Shown here: in pieces, positions 52,553 through 64,000 of the stretch
Position numbering within the stretch: position 1 is the first letter of the stretch
Layout: the number at the start of each line of letters is the position of its first letter
Assembly (NCBI RefSeq): GCF_006345805.1
Contig: NC_043003.1
Span: 5,642,001-5,706,000, forward strand
Reading direction: 5' to 3'
Source: Octopus sinensis
Taxonomy: Eukaryota
DNA length: 64,000 bases
Position numbers and translations under genes: made by a program
The notes under the pieces: generated by a model
Told to the model about the DNA's origin: nothing
The model's input: only the letters and a program-made list of their open reading frames with translations
Database searches by the model: none

Positions 52553-54376
52553 CCCATTAATGTATGTATATACCTACAGCCGTATATATATTAGGCATAC
52601 TTGATAGTTTGTAGTCCACAAGTCTGCACCGAGTGTCCCTCCCATGAATGCATCAATTCCTTACATTGTATACAGCGAATTACTGTGTATCTAATGTCTC
52701 TATATACCCTCTATACACCCTTTCTATCGCATTATTTTTACCCAGTAAAGACAATGGATATTAAATTGTCATTATTGTCATTTGTAAACAAAAGTAATTG
52801 TTGAATATTAAGTTCGTAAAAATTATCTGAAATTAAACTTTCTTTTCAATCTAACATAAAGAGAAACCCAGAGAGAGAGAGAGAGAGAGAAAGAGAGGAG
52901 GGTGGAGGGTAGTAGGTTAGGCATAATTAAGGGATGGAGGGTGGAGAGGGAATTATAATAATTATTTGATTCACTCATTTATTTAATAAACCATTGAAAA
53001 TTTACGTCTTTTATTTTTTTATTTTTGTTTTTTTTTTTCGAACTAAAATTCTTTCTAAAAAGTCATAAATATAACTATGGGAAATCTAAGCTTTGTTATT
53101 CGAATTTAATGGGATATTTTGATAGTGGAACCGACATTTATGGCAAATTTGGAGCCTAATTGTTTTATAAAAGACTATCAGCAAATATGCTTTCATCTTA
53201 GATTTTTCTCTTTCCTTTTTTTGTTTTGTTTTGTTTTCCTGTACAGAAATGGCGTTCCAAACACGATTTAGCTAACTTAAATATTATTAAATGGTATTTA
53301 TTCCGAATCTTTCACAATTCTAAACTTTCTTAAGTTACCATTTAGTTAAGAGCATATTCTTAGACAGTCTCAATAATGGCTAGAATGTTATTTTTTAAAT
53401 ATTTTTTTCTTTTCAAACGCTGAATGAATTTTAATCTTAAAAGGTTTCACATCGGACTGAAAACTTCACATATTTTAGCTTAATGTTTTATTTATCCAAT
53501 GTTTTGATTTTCACTGAGTGTATTGCCGTCTTTCATCATGATTTAATCGTAGCTGTTATTTAGCCCTAGGACAGTACTTTTCGGGGAGTCCCATGATTAA
53601 AAACATTAAAACAGTAACCATCACAACTTCTTTGTTGTTTAACTAAATGTATCTAGGACTACATTATCGGCTTTACACTTATTTTGAGGTAGTATAGTTT
53701 AATTTAAGAAAACTAGTCTAGTTCCTGAGTGCACAGAAAGAAATGTTTGAGATTTTAGAGAATTAAAGGCCAAGCATTCAAGAAGCAATGTCGTGCTTTA
53801 TTCTCCGCTGGTTCTACAAAGAGTAATAAATGAAAGTAAATATAGATTTTCATCAAAGGTCTTCGAGATTAAGTTTGAGATAGGGCGAAATGCTTAGCGG
53901 TATTTCGTCCGTCTTTTCGTTCTGAATAGAAATTCCGCCGAGGTCGACTTTACCTTTCACCCTTTCAGAGTCGATAAATTAAGTACCATGAAATCTGCCT
54001 CACATTACAATTTTTAAAAGGAAGAATGTTTGGGACAATGAAGGTTATAGCAATACAAACCGATAGGGTGGCCACTACTGGAAAAAAAAAAAAAAGACAG
54101 AACCCTGAATACGAACCGATCGGTAAACTAGGACTTGAAATCCAATCACGCATTTTTATTTATAGATATTTTTCTCATTCCAGATGCAAGAACACATTTG
54201 AACTTTTACTGCTGCTGGGGACATAGACGCGTTGCTCAGATTCTCATTTCTCAAAACACTTGAATTTGCGTTCGATCCCAAGGAGCGGTAACTTGGGTTA
54301 TTCTCTTATTGCATAAGAGTTTAGCTCGATCAATAACTTGTGTGCAAAATGTGCTAGACAGGAACATTGCCGAAGC

Positions 54377-54409
<33 letters not shown>

Positions 54410-55097
54410 ACGCACTATACACACACACGTACACTAATAGCGTAATCAAAGGAAGAAGGAGAGTGCTCAAGATATCGAAGGCGGTGCCTCTCTATAACTA
54501 AAGTCTAATGCCTGAAAACATTAAAAGAAGCATAAGAGAAGCTGCGAAATTATTATCTTTTTCTTTTCTATTTAATACATTTACACACATGTATGAAATA
54601 CCATGTATCACAGCGCCACCTACACCGCTAGTCTACATCGTATCATTCCTCAACCATGATTTCTAGTGGAGGCACATGACATGATAGGAGTTAGCATTCG
54701 GTGTGTAAAACTGTAATAAAACTGGTATATTCTGCAAGTCATAAACAGCGGCAATGTGAAGTTATTAATAAATTGGTTACATAAAAGCGCCACTTGCTCC
54801 CTGTTGCACCCCAATAAAGGTTTATGGGAAAACCAATGCCAAACACACACACGCCATTATATAAGGAAATGCAGTTAGAGACACACTAACAGATTTGTTT
54901 AGAAACACACACACACACATATATACATATATACACATGCACAACGCGCGCACACATATACGCCTTATATATATATATATATATATAATATATATATTAT
55001 ACTCACATACATCGAGCATATATATGTGCATATATTTGTATATGTATGCATTTAAATATATATAATAATATATATATATATAATCTAATATATATAG

Positions 55098-55134
<37 letters not shown>

Positions 55135-55162
55135 TATATATATATATATATAATATATATTG

Positions 55163-55196
<34 letters not shown>

Positions 55197-55826
55197 CTAT
55201 ATAATATATCTGTATATATATATAATATATATATATGTATAATATATATATATATATATATATGTATATATCTATATACATATACATATATCTATATATA
55301 TATATATAGGCGTATGTATATATTTATATGAAAGGAATATACCTGTTTTGGGGATATATTTTTAAGCTTTATGCACCGGCGGGAGGTGAGTATATATATA
55401 TATATATACATGGAGGGAGAGAAAGAGTGAGAGATGACTTTATAGATATGCCCATTGAACCGATATGCATGCATGTGTGTGTGATTGTGTTTGCGTGTGT
55501 ATACTTACGCAGATTATTTCTACATCAGCGTATATCTGTCTATATTGATTATTTCATGAATATACACATTTACATAAACTTATTATATTGCAAATACATA
55601 TACATACATCCATATATATATATGAATGGATGTGTATAAATATATTTATATACATGGAATGATTTATATTCTGCATGTATTACTTCATCCTTTAAAGACA
55701 AATAAACCTACACACACACACACACACACACACCTATGTATACATATATATATTTACATATGTCTTTGTGTCTATATACATGTATATCTATATATATATG
55801 TGTATATATATATATATATTATATAT

Positions 55827-55860
<34 letters not shown>

Positions 55861-56194
55861 AATCCCCCCAAACGAATATATATATATATATAATATATAT
55901 ATATACATATGTGTGTATATAAACTAAAAGTATATTTGAACATACAAGCGCATATATACTTACGTGTATATATGTACACAGCATTTTATCTGTGTGTGTG
56001 TGTGTGTGTGTGTATGTGTGTAATGTTTCTTTTGACACTATTGACTAAAAAGAGAAAGGAAGATGGTCGTTTCGGTCTAATTAATCATTAAGTAATAATA
56101 CAAAAGGGGGGAAAAGTGTAAAGAAAATAGGTTCGGTATAGCTCAAGCAGAGTGCGAGTCACCCACGAAGGAGCGGTGCCATGTAGGAAAGCAG

Positions 56195-56365
56195 CAGGAG
56201 TGGCTGTGTGGTAAGTAGCTTGCTTACCAACCACATGGTTCCGGGTTCGCTCCCACTACGTGGATCTTTGGGTAAATGTCTTTGGTTAGCCTCGGGCTAA
56301 CCAAAGTCTTGTGAGTGGATTTGGTTGACGAAAACTGAAAGAAGACCGTCGTATGTATATATATA
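56195..56365 (+). mobile_element. SINE family C 5' half
   Basis: GGAGTGGCTGTGTGGTAAGTAGCTTGCTTACCAACCACATGGTTCCGGGTTC...GAAACTGAAAGAAGACCGTCG. Confidence 0.85.
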
Positions 56366-56528
56366 TATGTCAAAATAAGCAACAAGGATATCCGAGGTAG
56401 AGTTATACAATTGTTTCATGCTACTTCATTTTATTAAACACTGTAAGTATTACATCAGTTTTAAAATGTCGAACAATCTTCAGCTACATGTAGAATTTGC
56501 CAATTAAACGGACAATGCACATTCTTAT

Positions 56529-56563
<35 letters not shown>

Positions 56564-57444
56564 CACATACACTCACACACACACATACATACATATATAT
56601 ATGCATGGATAGATAGATATACCACAATTACATGAAAGTATTGAAATAATCTAATTACTATACGCGTGTAACCCTAACCCTAGAACAACCTCGTGGCAAC
56701 TATGATTATGATTTCAGCCACTGATTATAACCGGCACCCCACCCCTAATTCTAAAGCATTTTTATATGTGCCAGTGCACGAAACTTTCCACCTTTAATCT
56801 TGCCGATTAAGTAAAACTATATACCTTCTCCCACGCACACGTACGCATACAAACATGCATGCATATATATGCGTATATAAAATGACAAAACAATACCGGA
56901 GATACTTTGTAATCTATTTAGTCACATCATCTTACTGATATTTCATTAACACACTGTGACTATTTCATACAAAATGTAAAATGAATAATCACGATTTACT
57001 CTCAAATCACCAGAGGCGGGAAACTTGCATACGTAGCATTAGTGTACGGAAAAGTTGATGTATAAATATAGCATATTCAGTGTGGCAATTGGCCGTGACC
57101 GAATATGTATAGATATGTATGTTAATCTCGTCTTTTTAATTTTGGTCAAATTTTGAGAGGTCAGCTCCTTAATACGAACGTTCTAAATGAAAGCATCTTG
57201 TTTTAACGATCAGTTTTTAAATCTTAGGAAGTTCAAGTAGAATTTTATAGTCCCAGACGTCGTGATCAATTTTAGCATAAGAATTATAAATTTGCCTTCT
57301 CTCCCCAAAGCGTCAAATCCAGCCATACTTTGCTCCAGACGGGGTGGTATGTATCCTGTGGTTCCGACCGTAATAAATATGAGGCTCGAAAGTGTACGCA
57401 TATTTGTATGTATCCATGTATGTATATGTGTATAGCCTAATAGT

Positions 57445-57823
57445 ACGCAATGGCCCAGTGGTTAGGGCAGCGGACTCGCGGTCGTGGGATCGTTGTTTCG
57501 ATTCCCAGACCGGGCGTTGAGAGTGTTTATTGAGCGAAAACACCAAAAAGCTCCACGAGGCTCCGGCAGGGGATGGTGGTGATCTCTGCTGTACTCTTTC
57601 ACCACCACACTCTTTTCCTCTCACTCTTACTTCCTGTTGTACCTGTATTTCAAGGGGCCGGCCTTGTCACTCTCTGTGTCACGCTGAATATCCCCGAGAA
57701 CTACGTTAAGGGTACACGTGTCTGTGGAGTGCTCAGCCACTTACACGTTAAATTCACGAGCAGGCTGTTCCGTTGATTCGGATCAACCGGAACCCTCGTC
57801 GTCGTAACAGACGGAGTGCTTCC
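57445..57823 (+). mobile_element. SINE family A, full length, with a 13-bp target-site duplication
   Basis: ATAGCCTAATAGT at 57432-57444 and 57824-57836. Confidence 0.92.
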
Positions 57824-57836
57824 ATAGCCTAATAGT

Positions 57837-58157
57837 GAAGGTGCAGGGCTCAGTGGTTAGAGCGTCGAGCTTATGATGATGAGATTGTGAGTTCGATTCC
57901 CGGACCGGGCTGAGTGTTGTGTTCTTGAGCAAGACACTCCAGTTAACTGATCTGTTGAAATGAGTTGCGACATCACTGGCCCCTTTGTATCGGCCCCTTT
58001 GCCTTTCCCTTGGATAACATCAGTGATGTAGAGAGGAGAGGCTGGTATGTATGGGTGACTGCTGGTCTTCCATAAACAACCTTGCGCGGACTTGTGCCTC
58101 GGAGAGTAACTTTCTAGGTGCAATCCCATGGTCAGTCTCGTGACCGAAAGGGGTCTC
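57837..58157 (+). mobile_element. tRNA-derived SINE family D
   Basis: A-box-like GGCTCAGTGGTTAGAGC, B-box GTTCGATTCCC, then CTTGAGCAAGACACT and tail TTCTAGGTGCAATCCCATGGTCAGTC. Confidence 0.8.
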
Positions 58158-58427
58158 CTCCTCCATATCCTAAAATACAGAATAACACGCAGTACACGGT
58201 GTGCTTCCTCGTATCTCTGACACTATTTAACGAACACGGACTCTTGATGATATTTAATAAACAGAAGCATCATTTATGAATTGAACCCTAAATACTGCCA
58301 CAAAAGCACACGCGAAAATACTTTACTCTGCACAAAACACTAAAAACTTTACAACACAAATACAAACGCATGCGCACGACGTTCACGCTTATCATGAAGA
58401 ATTTCTCAAATGTACGTCTGCTTCAAA

Positions 58428-58660
58428 GGCGGCGAGCTGGCAGAACCGTTAGAACGCCGGGTGAAATGCTTAGCCGTATTTCGTCTGCCGCTACGTTCTG
58501 AGTTCAAATTCCGCCGTGGTCGACTTTGCCTTTCATCCTTTCGGGGTCGATAAATTAAGTACAAGTTACGCACTGGGGTCGATGTAATTGACTTAATCCG
58601 TTTGTCTGTCCTTGTTTGTCCTCTCTGTGTTTAGCCCCTTGTGGGTAGTAAAGAAATAGG
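58428..58660 (+). mobile_element. SINE family B monomer
   Basis: Complete, ending AAAGAAATAGG. Confidence 0.92.
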
Positions 58661-59127
58661 TACACTATGTAATACACGCGTATAACATAGTTGCTGGTTC
58701 TACAAATATTTCCCCGTTGCAGTAATCAAAGTTACATTATCTGTCGTAATTAAATGACTGGAATTACCAAAAACATGATTCAAAGTGAAAGAATGGATGT
58801 AAATCAGAGTAAGGTATTCTTGAGAAATAATCAAAGAATTTTGGAAAGATATAATTATAGGATTTTATGCCATTGTAATAATTTTGTATACGTCACACAT
58901 ATAGTTCTATATACACAAAGCCATACATATATATACAGATATTCATGCATACATACATACATATATATATATATGTGTGTGTGTGTGTGTAAATGTATAT
59001 AAGTATGCTATATATGTGTGTATATATATATACATATATGTATATATATGTATGTGTATATGTATATATATATGCGTGTGTATATGTATATATGTAAGTG
59101 TATAAGTGTATATATATGTGTGTGTGG

Positions 59128-59167
<40 letters not shown>

Positions 59168-59273
59168 TATAGCCATACACATGTATACGCGTGAGTGCAT
59201 GTGTACCTCTGTATATTTCAAACCCTGAAAGATGTGTGCGCGCGCACGCGTGTGTATGCATATATAGATAGAT

Positions 59274-59304
<31 letters not shown>

Positions 59305-59445
59305 GAAGATAGATAGACAGATAGATAGATAGATAGATAGAGAAGATAGATAGACAGATAGATAGATAAGATAGATAGATAGATAGCGAAGATAGATAGA
59401 GAAGATAGATAGACAAGATAGACAAGATAGATAGATAGATAGAGA

Positions 59446-59502
<57 letters not shown>

Positions 59503-59503
59503 T

Positions 59504-59538
<35 letters not shown>

Positions 59539-59821
59539 GCTAGGAATGTGAATAGGTATGTATAGACATATCTGCAAACTGATGTTTACGAGGTGGAAAT
59601 GTTCCACGGGAATGCAGCAGAATGTTGGAATAGTTTGTGCCGTTAATATAAATTACCATCGAGTCCAATGCTTAACTATGGAATTACTAATTTCACTGAG
59701 AAGAGATTTAGCTGTTTCATAATTACTGGTTCTTTATTAAAGTTACATAACCTTTTCTAACGTATTACCCGATATTAAACACACACACGATAAACAGTAC
59801 CGAATCGGAATATCGTATATA

Positions 59822-60232
59822 TATTTCTTTACTGCCCACAAGGGGCTATGCACAGAGGGGACAAACAAGGACAGACAAAGGGATTAAGTCGATTATATCG
59901 ACCCCAGTGCGTAACTGGTACTTATCTAATCGACCCTAAATGATGAAAGGCAAAGTTGACCTCGGCGGAATTTGAACTCAGAACGTAGCGGCAGACGAAA
60001 TACCTATTTCTTTACTACCCACAAGGGGCTAAACACAGAGGGGACAAACAGGGACAGACAAACGGATTAAGTCGATTATATCGACCCCAGTGCGTAACTG
60101 GTACTTATCTAATCGACCCCGAAAGGATGAAAGGCAAAGTTGACCTCGGCGGAATTTGAACTCAGAACTTCGCGGCAGATGAAATACCGCTCGGCATTTC
60201 GCCCGGCGTGCTAACGGTTCTGCCAGCTCGCC
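59822..60232 (-). mobile_element. SINE family B dimer
   Basis: Two complete ~185-nt units; minus-strand junction AAATAG|GTATTTCG at 60004/60003. Confidence 0.92.
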
Positions 60233-60409
60233 CCAAATATCGTATATATCGGTAATTAACAGTATCATTAGTCGGGATTAATGTTTGTGAAGGGGTGGGA
60301 TGTATTACTGTATATGTATATGCGTGTGAGTATTGGATTAATGGAACACACGAACGTAGCAGTCTGAAATATCAGACCCTTCAGTTAGCCATCTAAATAG
60401 TGATAACAG

Positions 60410-60510
60410 CCTGTTATGACGTGGTACGTGACGCATGTAACATAAAATATGGTGTCACTAAGATGGCGGAAACTACCAGGTAACGTGACCCAAACAATGG
60501 ACGTCAATTT
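60410..60510 (+). promoter_or_regulatory. Candidate promoter-like motif cluster (YY1-like and CRE-like), possible short first coding exon
   Basis: TGACGT, GTGACG, AAGATGGCGG (ATG at 60463), AG|GTAACG at 60479/60480, GACGTCA. Motif co-occurrence only. Confidence 0.25.
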
Positions 60511-60573
60511 TAATTTCTCTATTCCCTGATGACCACTGTCTGATGATGCGGACATGCAATACGCCCACAAAAC

Positions 60574-60613
<40 letters not shown>

Positions 60614-60647
60614 CGTATGTATATGTATAAAGAGGAAGAGAGAGTGG

Positions 60648-60726
<79 letters not shown>

Positions 60727-61789
60727 TATGATGACTGTCCACTCGTTACTGAGAGGGACCATTACTGACGAGTGCCCATGCAAAATGCCAGCAGTACCCG
60801 TGCATAAGTTTAATACACCAGCCGTCAGCTTCACTCGAGTTCGTATTTGCAGCTTTCACACTCATCGTAAATGCCCTCCCCTACTCGACCGGGATTGCAC
60901 AACCTAACATTTTAGATCCTGTAAGGCTTGAAAAGAACCCCAGAGACTCTCCTCGACCTGTTGACATGTTTCCGAGATTAGCCAGGGCAAGATATTCAGT
61001 TTGAATACGGGTCGCAAAATGTTCCGTATATGTCGACGTACGAGCGTCAAGTTGTTGGATAAACTTAGTGAGGTAGCTGAGTATTCCGCAGGGTTCATTG
61101 TTTCTTTTTTTTTTTTTTGTAATTCTCGAGTATGATTAGCGCAACCCAATGTGGCACGGATAGACATTCAACTCCAGAGTGCAGTCCATTCGAAACCGTT
61201 TCCACCTATTCAAATTTCCTGAACTTGCCTTGGTTTGACTCGACGTTAGCCTAACAAAACAGTGGCTCAAGATGCTGTACAGTGGAATCGACACCGGAAC
61301 CTAATGCTTGCGAAGGAAACGTCTTGCGTAGAAAACCACACAGCCATTTCTGGATCAACACAGGCATACCTATCGACACACAGACACATGTGTGCATGTG
61401 ATGTTTGCCTTTAAAATCTATATCTCAATTTAATCTCCCTACTCTGTATGTTTAAGTCTCTGCTTATAGCAGACATCTTTTTCACTCTCTCCATCTCTCT
61501 TGACACACACACACACACACACACACAATTATATGCAAGTACACCTCTCTCACTCCTCATCTCTTTGTCGATATATATATCTACCTGGCTATCTCTGTAT
61601 CTATCTCTGTATCTATCACTTTCGCAAACCCTCTTCAAATAATCATCTCTCTTCACGTATATCTATCATTGATCTCTCCGCTCAATAGATACTCTTTTGC
61701 ATCAGCGACACCAGCATCACCGTCCGCATCTTCCCCTCCGCCACGCCTACGTCTCTTTCCCCATCCAACCCCCAAAATATCACCACTGC

Positions 61790-62025
61790 CAACAATAACA
61801 GCAACAACAAGAACAACAAAAAAGGTAGCAGCCAAAAACAACAACTACAACAACGGTAAGCTTTAATAACAAATCAGGGGAAAATTTAGCAACAAAATAA
61901 CAGTTGAGACAACAACAACAACAACTGCTTCAACACTTTTAAGAGCAACAACACTAGCAAAATCAACAACAGTAGATGCAGCAATACAAAAACGACAACA
62001 GCAGCAACAACAACAACATCATAAA
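61790..62025. repeat. Degenerate (CAA/CAG)n tract
   Basis: Directly visible. Confidence 0.8.
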
Positions 62026-62757
62026 CAAGCAGTGAGTTATATACGTTGCGTGGTGTCTAGTCCAAATTCTATGGACTGGAATACCATGTTGCGTGGTTAG
62101 AACCAAACATTTTCCATCGAATATTATTATTACTAGCAATCACCAATAGAAATCTGGCAACCCCCACTCCGCCTTCACCCTCACATCACCAATAGATATC
62201 TAACTCTCTCCTCTTCCCACAACCACCACCACCTTCTCCTCTTCGTCAATACATATCTTCCATTTCAAGTACATCTGAACATGGAGCCATTGTATTGCAA
62301 CAAGACACAACACAAACCTACTTATATTCTTCTGATATTAGATTTAAATTCATTCTCTGATGCCAATTCTTCCTCTCACTCTCTCACTCTCTCCCTTACC
62401 CTCTCTTTTTCTCACTCTGTATGCATACATACACCCATACACCTATACATGTATACGTAAATATGTATGTATATATATATATATTAATCATGTATATAAA
62501 GAGAGGGAGAGAAAAAGACAGCAACACAGATAATCTATATCTATATATGCATGTGTGTATATATATATATGCATATACATACATATACATATACATACAT
62601 ATACATATACATATATATACATATACATATATATACATATACATACATATATATACATATACATACATATATATACATATACATATACATATATATACAT
62701 ATATATTACATATACATATATAATATATATATATACACATACATACATATATGTATA

Positions 62758-62797
<40 letters not shown>

Positions 62798-64000
62798 CAT
62801 ACATGTATATAATTATATATATATATGTATAAAATTATATATATATGTGTGAGTATATAATTATATATATATATATGTATGTATGTATGTATGTATATGA
62901 CATTACTTTCAGTGTATCAACTTACCCACTTTCACACAGTTACATTAATGCGAACTTACAGATTGCCCAGTGTGTATATATTTATGTGTGCATGCGTGTG
63001 TCTGCATATGTGTATGTCCGTGTGTGTGTGTGTGTATGTGTGCAATTATAAAACTTTTCCCAATCCATGTTAATATTAGCTTCAAGAAACTCAACGTAGT
63101 TCGATGAATAACATCTTCAGACGCAGGTTGACATCTCGTTGTCTATAATTCTGCAAAAGTGTGTTCGTCATCATATACATCCGTACACTCACACATGCAT
63201 CTAGAAACATTCTTACATGCTTAAATAAATATATATTCAAGCACAAATATGTTTGTATGTACATATGTGTATTTTTTTATGGAAATTATAAGGCTGCTAA
63301 CCAAATTTCTGCGGCGTATAAGTGATTGAGTTTACAGCATTCCCTTCGAAAGGGACGCTCGTGCTTTAATGGGTTCAAGGCCCGAAATCTTGAATGGGAG
63401 CACCGACCGCAGTTATTGAATCCTATTTTATTTTATCGACTTCGAAAGGATGAAAAGGCAATGTTGGCTTCACCGGGATTTGAACTCGGAACGTAAGGCG
63501 CCAGGTGAAATTTCTTAAAGCAATTAATCCACGAGATATCATAAATTTTTCAAATTTTGAAATTTCTTTCTTCTGAATTCTTCAGAGATATTTGTTAGCG
63601 ACACGCAAGGGGAAGGGGAGAGAATTTAGAAATAAATGATATCTTTGAGAAAAATTACATGCTATGGGAAGAAATCTATGGAAGTATCTTTCAAAATTCA
63701 TACATCATGAAAAATTTACAGATATCCGATCCTTCGGATGTGAAACTTTAAAAGTCTGCTACGGACTAATTTCTCTTCAAGAGCAAAATATTGTAAACAA
63801 TACTGCCCTAGCAACTTATATAATTTTGTTTTTAATAGCTACTTATTATAGATATTGCATTTAAGAAAATTGTGCATATATTAAACTAGAAACTTATGTG
63901 TGGATACGTAAAGTCTTAATTCATACCAATTTCTTCCAAACAAGAAATTACTTAGTCCTTAAAACTATACGTACAAACACACACACACACACACACACAC

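Noticed and set aside
56667-56682. TAACCCTAACCCTA as an interstitial telomeric repeat
   Set aside because: Only about two units; expected by chance.
57445-57515. tRNA-like sequences
   Set aside because: They are SINE heads that continue into SINE bodies, with no complete cloverleaf or terminator.
60880-61167. Two overlapping ~70-90 aa minus-strand open frames
   Set aside because: No splice acceptor context and no recognisable domain.
1-64000. CRISPR arrays, rRNA, operon-like gene clusters
   Set aside because: No regularly spaced repeat-spacer structure, rRNA similarity or dense coding; the window is eukaryotic repeat-rich DNA.

Overview
AT-rich, microsatellite-saturated animal DNA that looks intergenic or intronic. 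The repeat repertoire (tRNA-headed SINE families, RTE/BovB, R4/Dong, L2-like and Penelope fragments, long (TA)n/(CA)n/(TAA)n tracts) suggests a coleoid cephalopod, probably Octopus; this is an inference, not a database result. I recognise no intact host gene, rRNA, true tRNA or CRISPR array, and nearly all long ORFs are artefacts of stop-free simple repeats. The window is mostly decayed retroelements plus two mariner remnants and several fold-back elements. Most notable signals: (1) self-cleaving ribozyme folds on retroelement remnants, namely one fully canonical minimal hammerhead (39881-39923, minus), a dispersed ~190-bp non-coding element family with variant hammerhead cores, and an HDV-like fold with a UUCG hairpin (43308-43437); (2) three SINE dimers with the same junction, two of them sharing private variants between units; (3) R4/Dong insertions nested strand-specifically in (TAA)n tracts; (4) a 133-bp near-perfect duplication around a composite 869-bp insert; (5) a dense GTCAC motif cluster and two weak exon/promoter candidates. 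All alignments and folds were done by eye.
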